A stretch of DNA of 64,000 nucleotides. Source: an uncultured Porphyromonadaceae bacterium (GTDB taxonomy: Bacteria > Bacteroidota > Bacteroidia > Bacteroidales > UBA11471). This document shows positions 1 to 8,591 of the stretch, one piece after another (within the stretch, counting starts at the first letter, position 1; each line of letters begins with the position of its first letter). A model generated the notes under the pieces. It was given only the letters and a program-made list of their open reading frames with translations. It made no database searches and was not told where the DNA came from. The stretch spans positions 3,060 to 67,059 of the forward strand of contig URHG01000009.1 in assembly GCA_900547555.1 (NCBI GenBank). Reading direction: 5' to 3'. Position numbers and translations under genes: made by a program.

Positions 1-160
1 GGATTTTTGAAACCTTAAACCTCTATTAAACCTTGTTTGAAGGGGTGTCTTCTTTCTTTTTGCTAAATATGAATATATAATGATATTTTTTTGAATTTCT
101 TGTACCTCGATTTATGTCATTTGTTGTCTTTATATAGGAGAGAGGATAACAAATGTATAT

Positions 161-1291
161 ATGGAATATATCGAACAGCTTATTGCCAAATATTTATCCG
201 GCACCCTATCCGAAGAAGAAATAACCGTTTTACGTCGTTGGATCGATGAAAATCCGGGGCGGAGAAATTTTATACGTTCATTGGAGAGTCGAAGCGATTT
301 GGTGAAAAAGTACAACCGTTATGCGGCGGTAGATATCGAGAGCGCCAAACGTCGCTTTTTGCGTTATGTCCGTCCTGTCGTGTTTTCTCCGTTTTCTCGT
401 CGTGTGTGGTATTATGCGGCTGTTTTGGTTTCGCTGGTGGTGCTGTCGGTGTGGCTTTATGAGAAAGAGCCCCCCGGCTCCCCGCAGTTCACGCTCGAGC
501 AGGTCGATCCCGGAGCAACACAAGCCATACTCATCATGGACAATGGTACGGAGTTGGCTTTGACGGATCAAGAAGAGAAAACGATAGCCCTTGACGATTC
601 CGTCTCGGCCCAGATGGGGAACGGAGCGATAACTTATCGGCCCGTTGCCAAAAAAACGAAAGCCGAATACCATACGATTGTCGTGCCTCGCGGCGGAGAG
701 TATCGCATTACGCTTGCCGATGGTACCAGCGTGCATATCAATGCTGAATCGCAATTACGTTTTCCTGTAACATTTTCAGACGAAGAACGTACCGTTCAAC
801 TTACGGGAGAGGCTTATTTTGAAGTTTCTCATCGGGAAAATACACCATTTGTCGTAGAAGTGGGGAATATGCGCGTGCGGCAATATGGTACGAAGTTCAA
901 CATCAATGCTTATGACGAAGTGCCCGAGGTTGTCCTTGTTTCGGGAAGTATCGGCGTGTCGGGTGCCGACAGGGAAGAAGTAACCCTTGCACCCGGGCAG
1001 TTGGCCGTCTGTGGCGAACATATTTCTGTAACGAATGTCGACGTTGCCCCTTATATCGGGTGGACCAAAGGCCGTTTTACATTCGAGAACGAACGTCTGG
1101 CCGACATTGTGCCCGAGTTGATGCGCTGGTATGATGTCGAGATCGAAATTTTTGACGATACGGTAGCCGATTTGCGATTTACCGGTAGCGTAGGTCGTTA
1201 TGAGACGATAGAACACATTATGAAAGCGATTTCTTATACACAAGGGGTAAGTGTTGCAGTGAATGGTAATAAAATAGAGATATCCAAATAA
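161..1291 (+). CDS. FecR-family transmembrane anti-sigma factor
   Basis: 376-aa ORF with an ATG start. It has one TM helix (WYYAAVLVSLVVLSVWLY) and a periplasmic FecR-type region (DGTSVHINAESQLRFP, GEAYFEV, GTKFNINAY). It ends 6 nt before an STN-bearing SusC, the canonical anti-sigma position. Confidence 0.88.
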   Translation: MEYIEQLIAKYLSGTLSEEEITVLRRWIDENPGRRNFIRSLESRSDLVKKYNRYAAVDIESAKRRFLRYVRPVVFSPFSRRVWYYAAVLVSLVVLSVWLYEKEPPGSPQFTLEQVDPGATQAILIMDNGTELALTDQEEKTIALDDSVSAQMGNGAITYRPVAKKTKAEYHTIVVPRGGEYRITLADGTSVHINAESQLRFPVTFSDEERTVQLTGEAYFEVSHRENTPFVVEVGNMRVRQYGTKFNINAYDEVPEVVLVSGSIGVSGADREEVTLAPGQLAVCGEHISVTNVDVAPYIGWTKGRFTFENERLADIVPELMRWYDVEIEIFDDTVADLRFTGSVGRYETIEHIMKAISYTQGVSVAVNGNKIEISK

Positions 1292-1297
1292 AAAACT

Positions 1298-4200
1298 ATG
1301 AGATTCTTGTTTCTTAAAACCTCAATTAAAAAACTCGTATGGCTTATCGGCTTATTACTTGTCCCGTTTACGGGATATGCCGATGATGCCCGTGATAAAG
1401 TCGTTACTTTGCAGCTAGACGGAGTTACATTGAAACGATTTTTCGATGAAATACATTCGCAGACGGGTGTCGATTTTATTTATACTCCGCAGCAAGCACG
1501 TTATGTCGAGCCTATTACAGTGAATGTTACGAATGCCGATCTCGGCCATGTGCTGGATAATATATTTCGTGGAAAAGGTCTTGAATATACCGTCGAGGGC
1601 AATATCATCACGTTGCGTTATCGCCGGTCTGTTGAGAAAAATACAGCACCTGTGGCAGCGAAAGGTGAATCGAAAATAACCGTTTCGGGATTTGTGGAAG
1701 ACACCTCGGGCGAGCCCGTTGCTGGTGCTGCGGTGTGGGTAAAGAATACGAAGATAGGTGTGATGACGGCTTCCGACGGTCGTTATACCGTTTCCGTCCC
1801 TATCTCACAAGGACCTATCGAGTTACGTTTTACCTGCATCGGTATGGAGCCGGTCGATGTGAAGTATCGAGGAAAAGATCAGATCAATGTCAAGATGTCG
1901 CCTTCTACCAATACTTTACAGACGACCGAGGTTGTCGCTACCGGTATGTTTGTGCGCAAGGCCGAAAGTTTTACCGGGTCTGTTTCGACCTTCAATCAGG
2001 ATCAGCTGAAACGTATGGGTACGCAGAATGTCTTGTCCAGTCTTAAAAACATAGATCCTTCGTTTGTCATAAACGAAAGCGTCGATTTCGGAAGCGACCC
2101 TAATAGAATGCCCGATATACAGATGCGTGGACAGAACAATATTCCCGACCTGAAAGGAGAGTATCAGACTGCTCCCAATCAACCGCTTTTTATATTGGAC
2201 GGATTCGAGGCTACGGTCGAGAAAGTGTATGACCTCGATATGAACTTGGTGAAAAGCGTTACGTTGTTGAAAGATGCTGCTGCCAAAGCCATTTACGGTT
2301 CGAAAGCCGCCAATGGAGTCGTCGTTATCGAGACAATTCAACCTGAGGCGGGACGGTTGCGGATCGCTTATACCGGGGCGGTCGATGTTACAGTTCCCGA
2401 TTTGACGTCTTATAACTTGACCAATGCTTCGGAAAAGTTACAAGCCGAAGTATTAGCCGGTAAATATACGAGCGGAAATGCTTATGAACAAGCCCGTCTC
2501 ACACAAGAATATAACGAGCTGTATCGCGAAGTGGCTCGCGGTGTAGACAGTTATTGGATGTCGCAGCCCTTGCGTACCGGTATCGGAAACAAACACTCGG
2601 TATATATCGACGGCGGTAGCGAGGATATGCGTTATGCCGTCAGTTTGGGATATAATCATATTGCCGGTGTCATGAAAGGCTCCGACCGTAAAACGATTTC
2701 GGGAAGTGTTACACTCTCTTATCGCTATAAAACATTGAGTTTCAGAAACCAGTTGTCGATAGACAATAACAATGCCAAGAATTCGCCTTACGGTTCTTTC
2801 AGCAATTATTCCAAAATGAATCCCTATTGGCGTATTTACAATACCGACGGTTCTCTGATCAAACAATATGGTTCGGATATTTACAATCCGTTGCTGAATG
2901 CCGATTTGAACAGTAAAGACCAAACCGGTTATACGACGATTACCGAAAATTTTTACGGGGAGTGGGAAGCGTTCAAGAATTTCCGTATTCGCGCCCGCTT
3001 CGGATTGACGACACAGAAAAATTCTTCCGATATATTCAAGCCGGCTTCGCATACCGATTATGCCTCGATTTCGGTCAACTCCGACGATTATTTGCTGCGG
3101 GGAGAATATACCAAAGCGCAAGGTGCTCAGATGTCGTTGAGTGCCGATATCGGTGCGGCGTATGCAATAGAGGTGAACAAGCACCTTCTTTATACCAACC
3201 TTTCATGGACAATAGAGGAGGCCAATTCCGAAACGACGTCGAACACGGCTGTCGGATTCCCTTCCGACCGTATGGATTTCATTTCGTTCGGTAACGGATA
3301 CAAAGTAGGAAGTAAACCTACTGGATCGGAAAGCACGACCCGTAGTGCAGGACTTGTTCTATCGGCCAACTATTCGTACGACAATCGTTATTTGGCCGAC
3401 TTGTCATACCGCCTCAACGGTTCTTCGCAATTCGGAGCCGAAGAGCGGTGGGGAAATTTCTGGTCGGTAGGTATCGGTTGGAATCTGCATAAGGAACGTT
3501 TTATGCAGGCCGTAGATTTTATCGATTACTGCAAACTGAGGGCATCGTTGGGATATACCGGTTCGCAGAATTTCAATTCCTATCAGGCCATATCTACATA
3601 CAACTATATTACCGACCGTACCTACAATGGCGATATGGGAGCCATACTTATGGGTATAGCCAATGACAACTTGAAGTGGCAACAACAGTATGACCGTAAT
3701 ATCGGGCTCGACCTCTCCATGATAAATAAGATTTCGCTTCGGGCCGATCTTTATTGGGCAACGACAACCAATCTGCTCAGCGATGTTACTTTGCCGCCTT
3801 CGGTGGGATTCTCTACATACAAGGAAAATTTGGGTGAGACGATAAACAAAGGTGTGGAGGTAAACATCAATTATCGTGTATTCAATTATTCACAGACGCG
3901 CACATCTCTCAATATTTTTGCGAGTCTGGCTCATAATATCAATAAAATCTCCAAAATATCCAATGCTTTGAAAAAAGTAAATGAGGAACAAGATGCCTCA
4001 AAGGAGTCATCATCGACAACGACCGAAGACGATTTGCGTACACCGTCTATCCGTTTTGAAGAAGGGCAAAGCCTTACCGCTATTTGGGCGGTGCGGTCGG
4101 CCGGAATAGATCCGGTAACCGGACGGGAGATATACATCAAGAAAGACGGTACGACGACTTTCGATTGGAGTGCGGCCGATCAGGTCGTGTGCGGAGATAC

Positions 4201-4660
4201 CCAGCCCAAAGTTAACGGTAATATCGGTGCCAATTTCTCGACCTACGGTTTCGATTTCAGTTTTACGTTTACCTATCGTTTGGGCGGACAGACATATAAC
4301 AGCACTCTGGTCGAGAAAATCGAAAATGCCGACGTTAAAAACTGGAATGTCGACAAGCGGGTGCTTACCGACCGTTGGAATACCCCCGGCGTACCGGCTA
4401 AGTATAAAAGTATAACCGATCAGTCGGTAACCAAGCCGACGTCTCGGTTTGTCGAGGACATCAATGAGTTGATGCTTTCTTCGGTCATGCTCTCGTATGA
4501 TTTCTCCAACATGAAATGGGTAAAACGCAGCCCGATGGAATATTTTAAGATTACATTCAATATGAGCGATGTCTTTTGGTTGAGTTCCGTAAAGAAAGAG
4601 CAGGGTCTTGATTATCCCCGTGCGCATGCATTTTCTTTCGGAATACAAGCTCGATTCTAA
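1298..4660 (+). CDS. SusC/RagA-family TonB-dependent outer-membrane transporter with N-terminal STN signalling domain
   Basis: 1120 aa with a signal peptide. STN domain (VTLQLDGVTLKRFFDEIHSQTGVDFIY), carboxypeptidase-regulatory-like domain (ITVSGFVEDTSGEPVAGAAVWVKNT), plug motifs (PLFILDGFE, LLKDAAAKAIYGSKAANGVVVIET) and a terminal aromatic residue (QARF). Confidence 0.95.
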   Translation: MRFLFLKTSIKKLVWLIGLLLVPFTGYADDARDKVVTLQLDGVTLKRFFDEIHSQTGVDFIYTPQQARYVEPITVNVTNADLGHVLDNIFRGKGLEYTVEGNIITLRYRRSVEKNTAPVAAKGESKITVSGFVEDTSGEPVAGAAVWVKNTKIGVMTASDGRYTVSVPISQGPIELRFTCIGMEPVDVKYRGKDQINVKMSPSTNTLQTTEVVATGMFVRKAESFTGSVSTFNQDQLKRMGTQNVLSSLKNIDPSFVINESVDFGSDPNRMPDIQMRGQNNIPDLKGEYQTAPNQPLFILDGFEATVEKVYDLDMNLVKSVTLLKDAAAKAIYGSKAANGVVVIETIQPEAGRLRIAYTGAVDVTVPDLTSYNLTNASEKLQAEVLAGKYTSGNAYEQARLTQEYNELYREVARGVDSYWMSQPLRTGIGNKHSVYIDGGSEDMRYAVSLGYNHIAGVMKGSDRKTISGSVTLSYRYKTLSFRNQLSIDNNNAKNSPYGSFSNYSKMNPYWRIYNTDGSLIKQYGSDIYNPLLNADLNSKDQTGYTTITENFYGEWEAFKNFRIRARFGLTTQKNSSDIFKPASHTDYASISVNSDDYLLRGEYTKAQGAQMSLSADIGAAYAIEVNKHLLYTNLSWTIEEANSETTSNTAVGFPSDRMDFISFGNGYKVGSKPTGSESTTRSAGLVLSANYSYDNRYLADLSYRLNGSSQFGAEERWGNFWSVGIGWNLHKERFMQAVDFIDYCKLRASLGYTGSQNFNSYQAISTYNYITDRTYNGDMGAILMGIANDNLKWQQQYDRNIGLDLSMINKISLRADLYWATTTNLLSDVTLPPSVGFSTYKENLGETINKGVEVNINYRVFNYSQTRTSLNIFASLAHNINKISKISNALKKVNEEQDASKESSSTTTEDDLRTPSIRFEEGQSLTAIWAVRSAGIDPVTGREIYIKKDGTTTFDWSAADQVVCGDTQPKVNGNIGANFSTYGFDFSFTFTYRLGGQTYNSTLVEKIENADVKNWNVDKRVLTDRWNTPGVPAKYKSITDQSVTKPTSRFVEDINELMLSSVMLSYDFSNMKWVKRSPMEYFKITFNMSDVFWLSSVKKEQGLDYPRAHAFSFGIQARF

Positions 4661-4681
4661 TCTTTAAAAACAAAAAAAACG

Positions 4682-6148
4682 ATGAAACGATATATTGCAA
4701 AAATCGGATTGGCAGTTGTACTTGTCTCTTTGACAGCTTGTAATGATTGGCTCGATGTGAGTCCTAAAACCGAAATAAAAGCCGAAGATAATTTTAGTTC
4801 CGAGCAGGGGTTTAAAGATGCCCTTACTGGTTGTTATCTGACGATGACTTCGTCGTCGCTGTATGGTAAAGAACTCACATTCGGTTTGCTCGATGTGTTG
4901 GCCCAATACTATACCGGCATTACGGGCGATAATCACGCTTATGCTCATGAAGTGATATACGATTATGACGCTTCGTCGAGCGAGACACGTATCAATGCCG
5001 TTTGGGAAGACGGTTATAACCTGATTGCCAATATCAACGAATTGATAGCCTATGTCGACAAGGCCGATACGCGAATGTTTACCGGGCGGAATTATCATCT
5101 GATAAGAGGAGAGGCTTACGGTTTGCGTGCCCAGATGCATTTCGACCTGTTGCGTTGTTTCGGGAAATCCTATGCAGCCGGGCCGACCGAAAAGGCCATT
5201 CCCTATATAACGGAAAACAGTAAGAAAGTAACACCCCTTTCCACGGTGGAGGCTGTTTTGGCAAAAATTTTGGCCGATTTGGAAATAGCGGAAAGCGAGT
5301 TGCAGTACGATCCGGTAATAACCGGTTCGGTCGCTTCGCCCGACGATGATGTTACGTATGAACGCGATCGGACGTTTAAGTTCAATTATTATGCTGTCAA
5401 GATGCTTCAAGCGCGGGTATATCTCTATATGGGCAATTACGAAAAGGCCGAGGCTGCGGCTCGGGTTGTCGTGAATCAGGAATCTTTTACATTTACGCCC
5501 GAGTCCGAAATCTCTACGACCGATGTTGCTTCCAAGAATTATGTTTTCTCCCAAGAATTGGTATTTGCCTTGTATAACAGTGATTTGCAATCGCTATATA
5601 CCGAGTCGTTCACACCCGATAACGGTCTGTATATGCTCGAAGAAACGTATGAATCGCTTTATGAGACCGATGTCTATGGGGCCTTTACCGATTATCGTTA
5701 TGTATATCAGACGGAGTTGCAGTCGAATGTACGTCTTTCGACGAAGCTGAAACAGCCTACGGGAGGTAACGCCTCTTTCTTGAAGCGTACTCCGGTGATG
5801 CGGTTGAGCGAAGCCTATTATATTATGGCCGAGTGTGCTTCCCATTCGGCGACACGCTTGGGAGAGGCGGTCGGTTATCTCAATACGGTGCGCACCCATC
5901 GCGGGCATACCGCTCTTCTGCCCGAGACGTTGAGCAAGGAGGAAATAGCAGATGAAATATACAAGGAGTATGCCAAAGAATTTACGTGCGAAGGACAGCT
6001 TTGGTTCTATTTCAAACGTTTGGATTACGAGATGATACCGGTCTTGTCTTCCAATAACGGAGCTCCTGTTACTACTTATGTATTACCCGATTATATATTC
6101 CCGTTGCCCGATGACGAGATTGAATTCGGCGGGCGCGAAAACGAATAA
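4682..6148 (+). CDS. SusD/RagB-family nutrient-binding outer-membrane lipoprotein
   Basis: 488 aa with lipobox LVSLTAC. It starts 21 nt after SusC. The sequence is helical and TPR-like, as is typical of SusD homologues. Confidence 0.9.
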   Translation: MKRYIAKIGLAVVLVSLTACNDWLDVSPKTEIKAEDNFSSEQGFKDALTGCYLTMTSSSLYGKELTFGLLDVLAQYYTGITGDNHAYAHEVIYDYDASSSETRINAVWEDGYNLIANINELIAYVDKADTRMFTGRNYHLIRGEAYGLRAQMHFDLLRCFGKSYAAGPTEKAIPYITENSKKVTPLSTVEAVLAKILADLEIAESELQYDPVITGSVASPDDDVTYERDRTFKFNYYAVKMLQARVYLYMGNYEKAEAAARVVVNQESFTFTPESEISTTDVASKNYVFSQELVFALYNSDLQSLYTESFTPDNGLYMLEETYESLYETDVYGAFTDYRYVYQTELQSNVRLSTKLKQPTGGNASFLKRTPVMRLSEAYYIMAECASHSATRLGEAVGYLNTVRTHRGHTALLPETLSKEEIADEIYKEYAKEFTCEGQLWFYFKRLDYEMIPVLSSNNGAPVTTYVLPDYIFPLPDDEIEFGGRENE

Positions 6149-6157
6149 GATACGATT

Positions 6158-6916
6158 ATGAAAAAGAATTTTTATTTTTTTGCAGCATCTCTTTTACTTG
6201 CTTTTTGCGGCGCTTGCAGCCAAGACGATGGTGAGGTGTATAATCTCGACGGACGGGTCTATTTCTATGAACAGAAAAAGCAGGGAAACGATTATGTGGC
6301 GGTAACATCGAAAAGCTATTCTTTTGCGCTGCAAAATTCGGCTTTAATGGAAGACACCCTTCGGATAAAAGTCCGGCTTATGGGGTATGTTGTCGATTAT
6401 GACCGAACATTTTCGGCCGTTGCTGTCGCCGATGGTACTACGGCTGTCGCCGGTACTCATTACAAACTGTTGCCCGGAGTATTGAAAGCCGGCACGTATG
6501 AATCTTATTTGCCGGTCATTCTTTATCGCACGGCCGATACGAAAGATCATACGGTTTCTCTCAATCTGAGATTGAGCGCCGATGCCGAGCTTCCTGCCGG
6601 AGTGGACGACCGTGTCGATTTCTCGTTGGAGTGGGGCGATATTCTGACGCAACCCGATAACTGGCCCTATTATTTCGGGGTGTATAATGTAAATAAATAT
6701 CGTTTTGCCATCGATGTGTTGGGCATTTACGATTGGCCTCAGGCGGGACGGGAGACATCCGGTAAGGAAGAAGGCGTATATACGATCTCCGAGCTCCAGC
6801 GTTTCTGTACGCAACTCAATGATGCTTATGTGCAATATCGGGCTCAATACGGGCCTATCTATAATGACGATAATGCCGAAGTGAAAACCGAAATATATTT
6901 TGCTCCCGATAAATGA
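6158..6916 (+). CDS. Sus-locus accessory lipoprotein (DUF4843-like, assignment from memory)
   Basis: 252 aa with lipobox FCGAC followed by the acidic SQDDGE. It starts 9 nt after SusD. Its size and position match the DUF4843 proteins that follow SusD in many Bacteroidota loci. This needs HMM confirmation. Confidence 0.7.
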   Translation: MKKNFYFFAASLLLAFCGACSQDDGEVYNLDGRVYFYEQKKQGNDYVAVTSKSYSFALQNSALMEDTLRIKVRLMGYVVDYDRTFSAVAVADGTTAVAGTHYKLLPGVLKAGTYESYLPVILYRTADTKDHTVSLNLRLSADAELPAGVDDRVDFSLEWGDILTQPDNWPYYFGVYNVNKYRFAIDVLGIYDWPQAGRETSGKEEGVYTISELQRFCTQLNDAYVQYRAQYGPIYNDDNAEVKTEIYFAPDK

Positions 6917-6927
6917 TACCTGTGAAT

Positions 6928-8577
6928 ATGAAGAAAATTATTCTGTGTCTCATGCTTTTGCCGGCGTTGTTTACGTCGTGCTACAAAGATGAGGGCAATT
7001 ACGATTACAAAGAGTTAAATGAAATAACAGTCGATACGGTAGGTGTGAAGACCTCTTTTGTCATCGACCAATACGATTCGCTTGTCATCGAGCCGAAAAT
7101 AAACTTTTCATTGTCGGCTCTTCCCGAGACGGCTTTGGCGTATCGGTGGATAATGTATTCCGATGCGTGGGGAAAAGACGATACCGAGACGATCGAATTG
7201 TCGACCGAACGTAACTTGAATGTGCAGATAACAGCACCGGCAAGCGCTACTCCTTATGCCGTCAGGTTGTATATTACAAACAAAAACGACGGTTCTTCCT
7301 ATGAAATGAAATATACCGTTACGGTACAACCCAGTGTTGTTTCGGGTATATTGGCATTACATCAGGATGCCGACGGTGTCGATTTCGATTATATCGCGAC
7401 GGCCGGAGCTGTGATGATCGACAAGAACAAGCATATGAGAAATGTCGTATCTTCGATACTCGATCGTAAATTATCGGGAAATGCAGCTACGGTTTCGTCT
7501 GTTCGGGTCAATTATACGACACTTATCAATCGGGTGTATGTTGCTACCGATGAAGAATTTATGCAGTTCTCGGGATATGATTTCGCTTATGAGTGCGATA
7601 AGAACGAATTGTTTTATGATGTACCGAGCCGTCTGCAGCTATCCAAAGTAAAAAGGGAAGGGCAGACACCTTATTGTACGATTTTGGTCAACGACGGATC
7701 GGTATATAATATCAACAATCAGGCTTCTCAAAAGTGGTCGAATACCTTTTCCGATCCCTTGCGACCCAGCAGTAGTTTAGGTGAGCGTATCATCGTTTCC
7801 CCCTATTATTACATTCCCGATGCCAATTTCCCTATGGCTTCGGCTATCTTCTATGATGGACTCGGGAAGCGCTTTGTCCGTCTACCCAAGACTTTTTATG
7901 AAACGGAAGAAATCGTGAGCTTCGACCCGCAGGTTTCTACGGCATTCGATGTGAATAATGTCGGGAAAGATCTTATCTGGTTGGGCAAGGGGTATAACAA
8001 TCATGCTTTTGCCGTGATGACCGACGGTTCGTCCCGCGAACTTTACCGGGCCGATTTCAATAAGGCAGAAACGATTTACGATGAAGACGGTTCACCGGAG
8101 TACAACGAAGAACTGAACGATTTGGCCTTGCGTATTTATGATCTTTCGTCATTGACGGATATAAACAAGGCAAAATTTTATGATCTCGGTCTGTATGCCA
8201 CGCAACTTATGTATGCGACCGACAGGGACATATATGTCGTTTCGATAAGCGGATCGAATGTTCGGTGCGAGAAAATCAATCGGGATTTTCCCGAAGGGGA
8301 GGAGATAACCGCCCTTATGATATGGAATCCCGATATGAATATTATGAGGTCTTTGGAAACGACCCGGGGAAAATATCTCTATGTTGCGACATGGAACGGT
8401 GAGGAAGGTAAAGTCTACGAATTTAAAATTGCCCGCAATACCGGCCGTATGGATAATGATATACCCGATGAGTTCGGCAATGTCGATGCCTCTGCACCGG
8501 TGAATGTTTTCGACGGCATGGGAAAAGTAACCGATCTCTGCATCAAATTGCAGGGGAAAGATAATTTTGATAATTGA
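6928..8577 (+). CDS. large Sus-locus accessory lipoprotein (PKD-like family lipoprotein, assignment from memory)
   Basis: The ORF runs 6913-8577. I prefer the ATG at 6928 (MKKIILCLMLLPALFTSC), which gives 549 aa with a lipobox Cys followed by YKDEGNYDY. Beta-rich sequence. Confidence 0.7.
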   Translation: MKKIILCLMLLPALFTSCYKDEGNYDYKELNEITVDTVGVKTSFVIDQYDSLVIEPKINFSLSALPETALAYRWIMYSDAWGKDDTETIELSTERNLNVQITAPASATPYAVRLYITNKNDGSSYEMKYTVTVQPSVVSGILALHQDADGVDFDYIATAGAVMIDKNKHMRNVVSSILDRKLSGNAATVSSVRVNYTTLINRVYVATDEEFMQFSGYDFAYECDKNELFYDVPSRLQLSKVKREGQTPYCTILVNDGSVYNINNQASQKWSNTFSDPLRPSSSLGERIIVSPYYYIPDANFPMASAIFYDGLGKRFVRLPKTFYETEEIVSFDPQVSTAFDVNNVGKDLIWLGKGYNNHAFAVMTDGSSRELYRADFNKAETIYDEDGSPEYNEELNDLALRIYDLSSLTDINKAKFYDLGLYATQLMYATDRDIYVVSISGSNVRCEKINRDFPEGEEITALMIWNPDMNIMRSLETTRGKYLYVATWNGEEGKVYEFKIARNTGRMDNDIPDEFGNVDASAPVNVFDGMGKVTDLCIKLQGKDNFDN

Positions 8578-8591
8578 AAAATACCTTGACT

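Noticed and set aside
1-18. Possible last five codons (GFLKP-stop) of the ECF sigma factor expected upstream of FecR.
   Set aside because: Five residues cannot be assigned to any family, and the 143-nt gap to fecR is longer than the usual sigma/anti-sigma spacing. The sigma gene probably lies outside the window.
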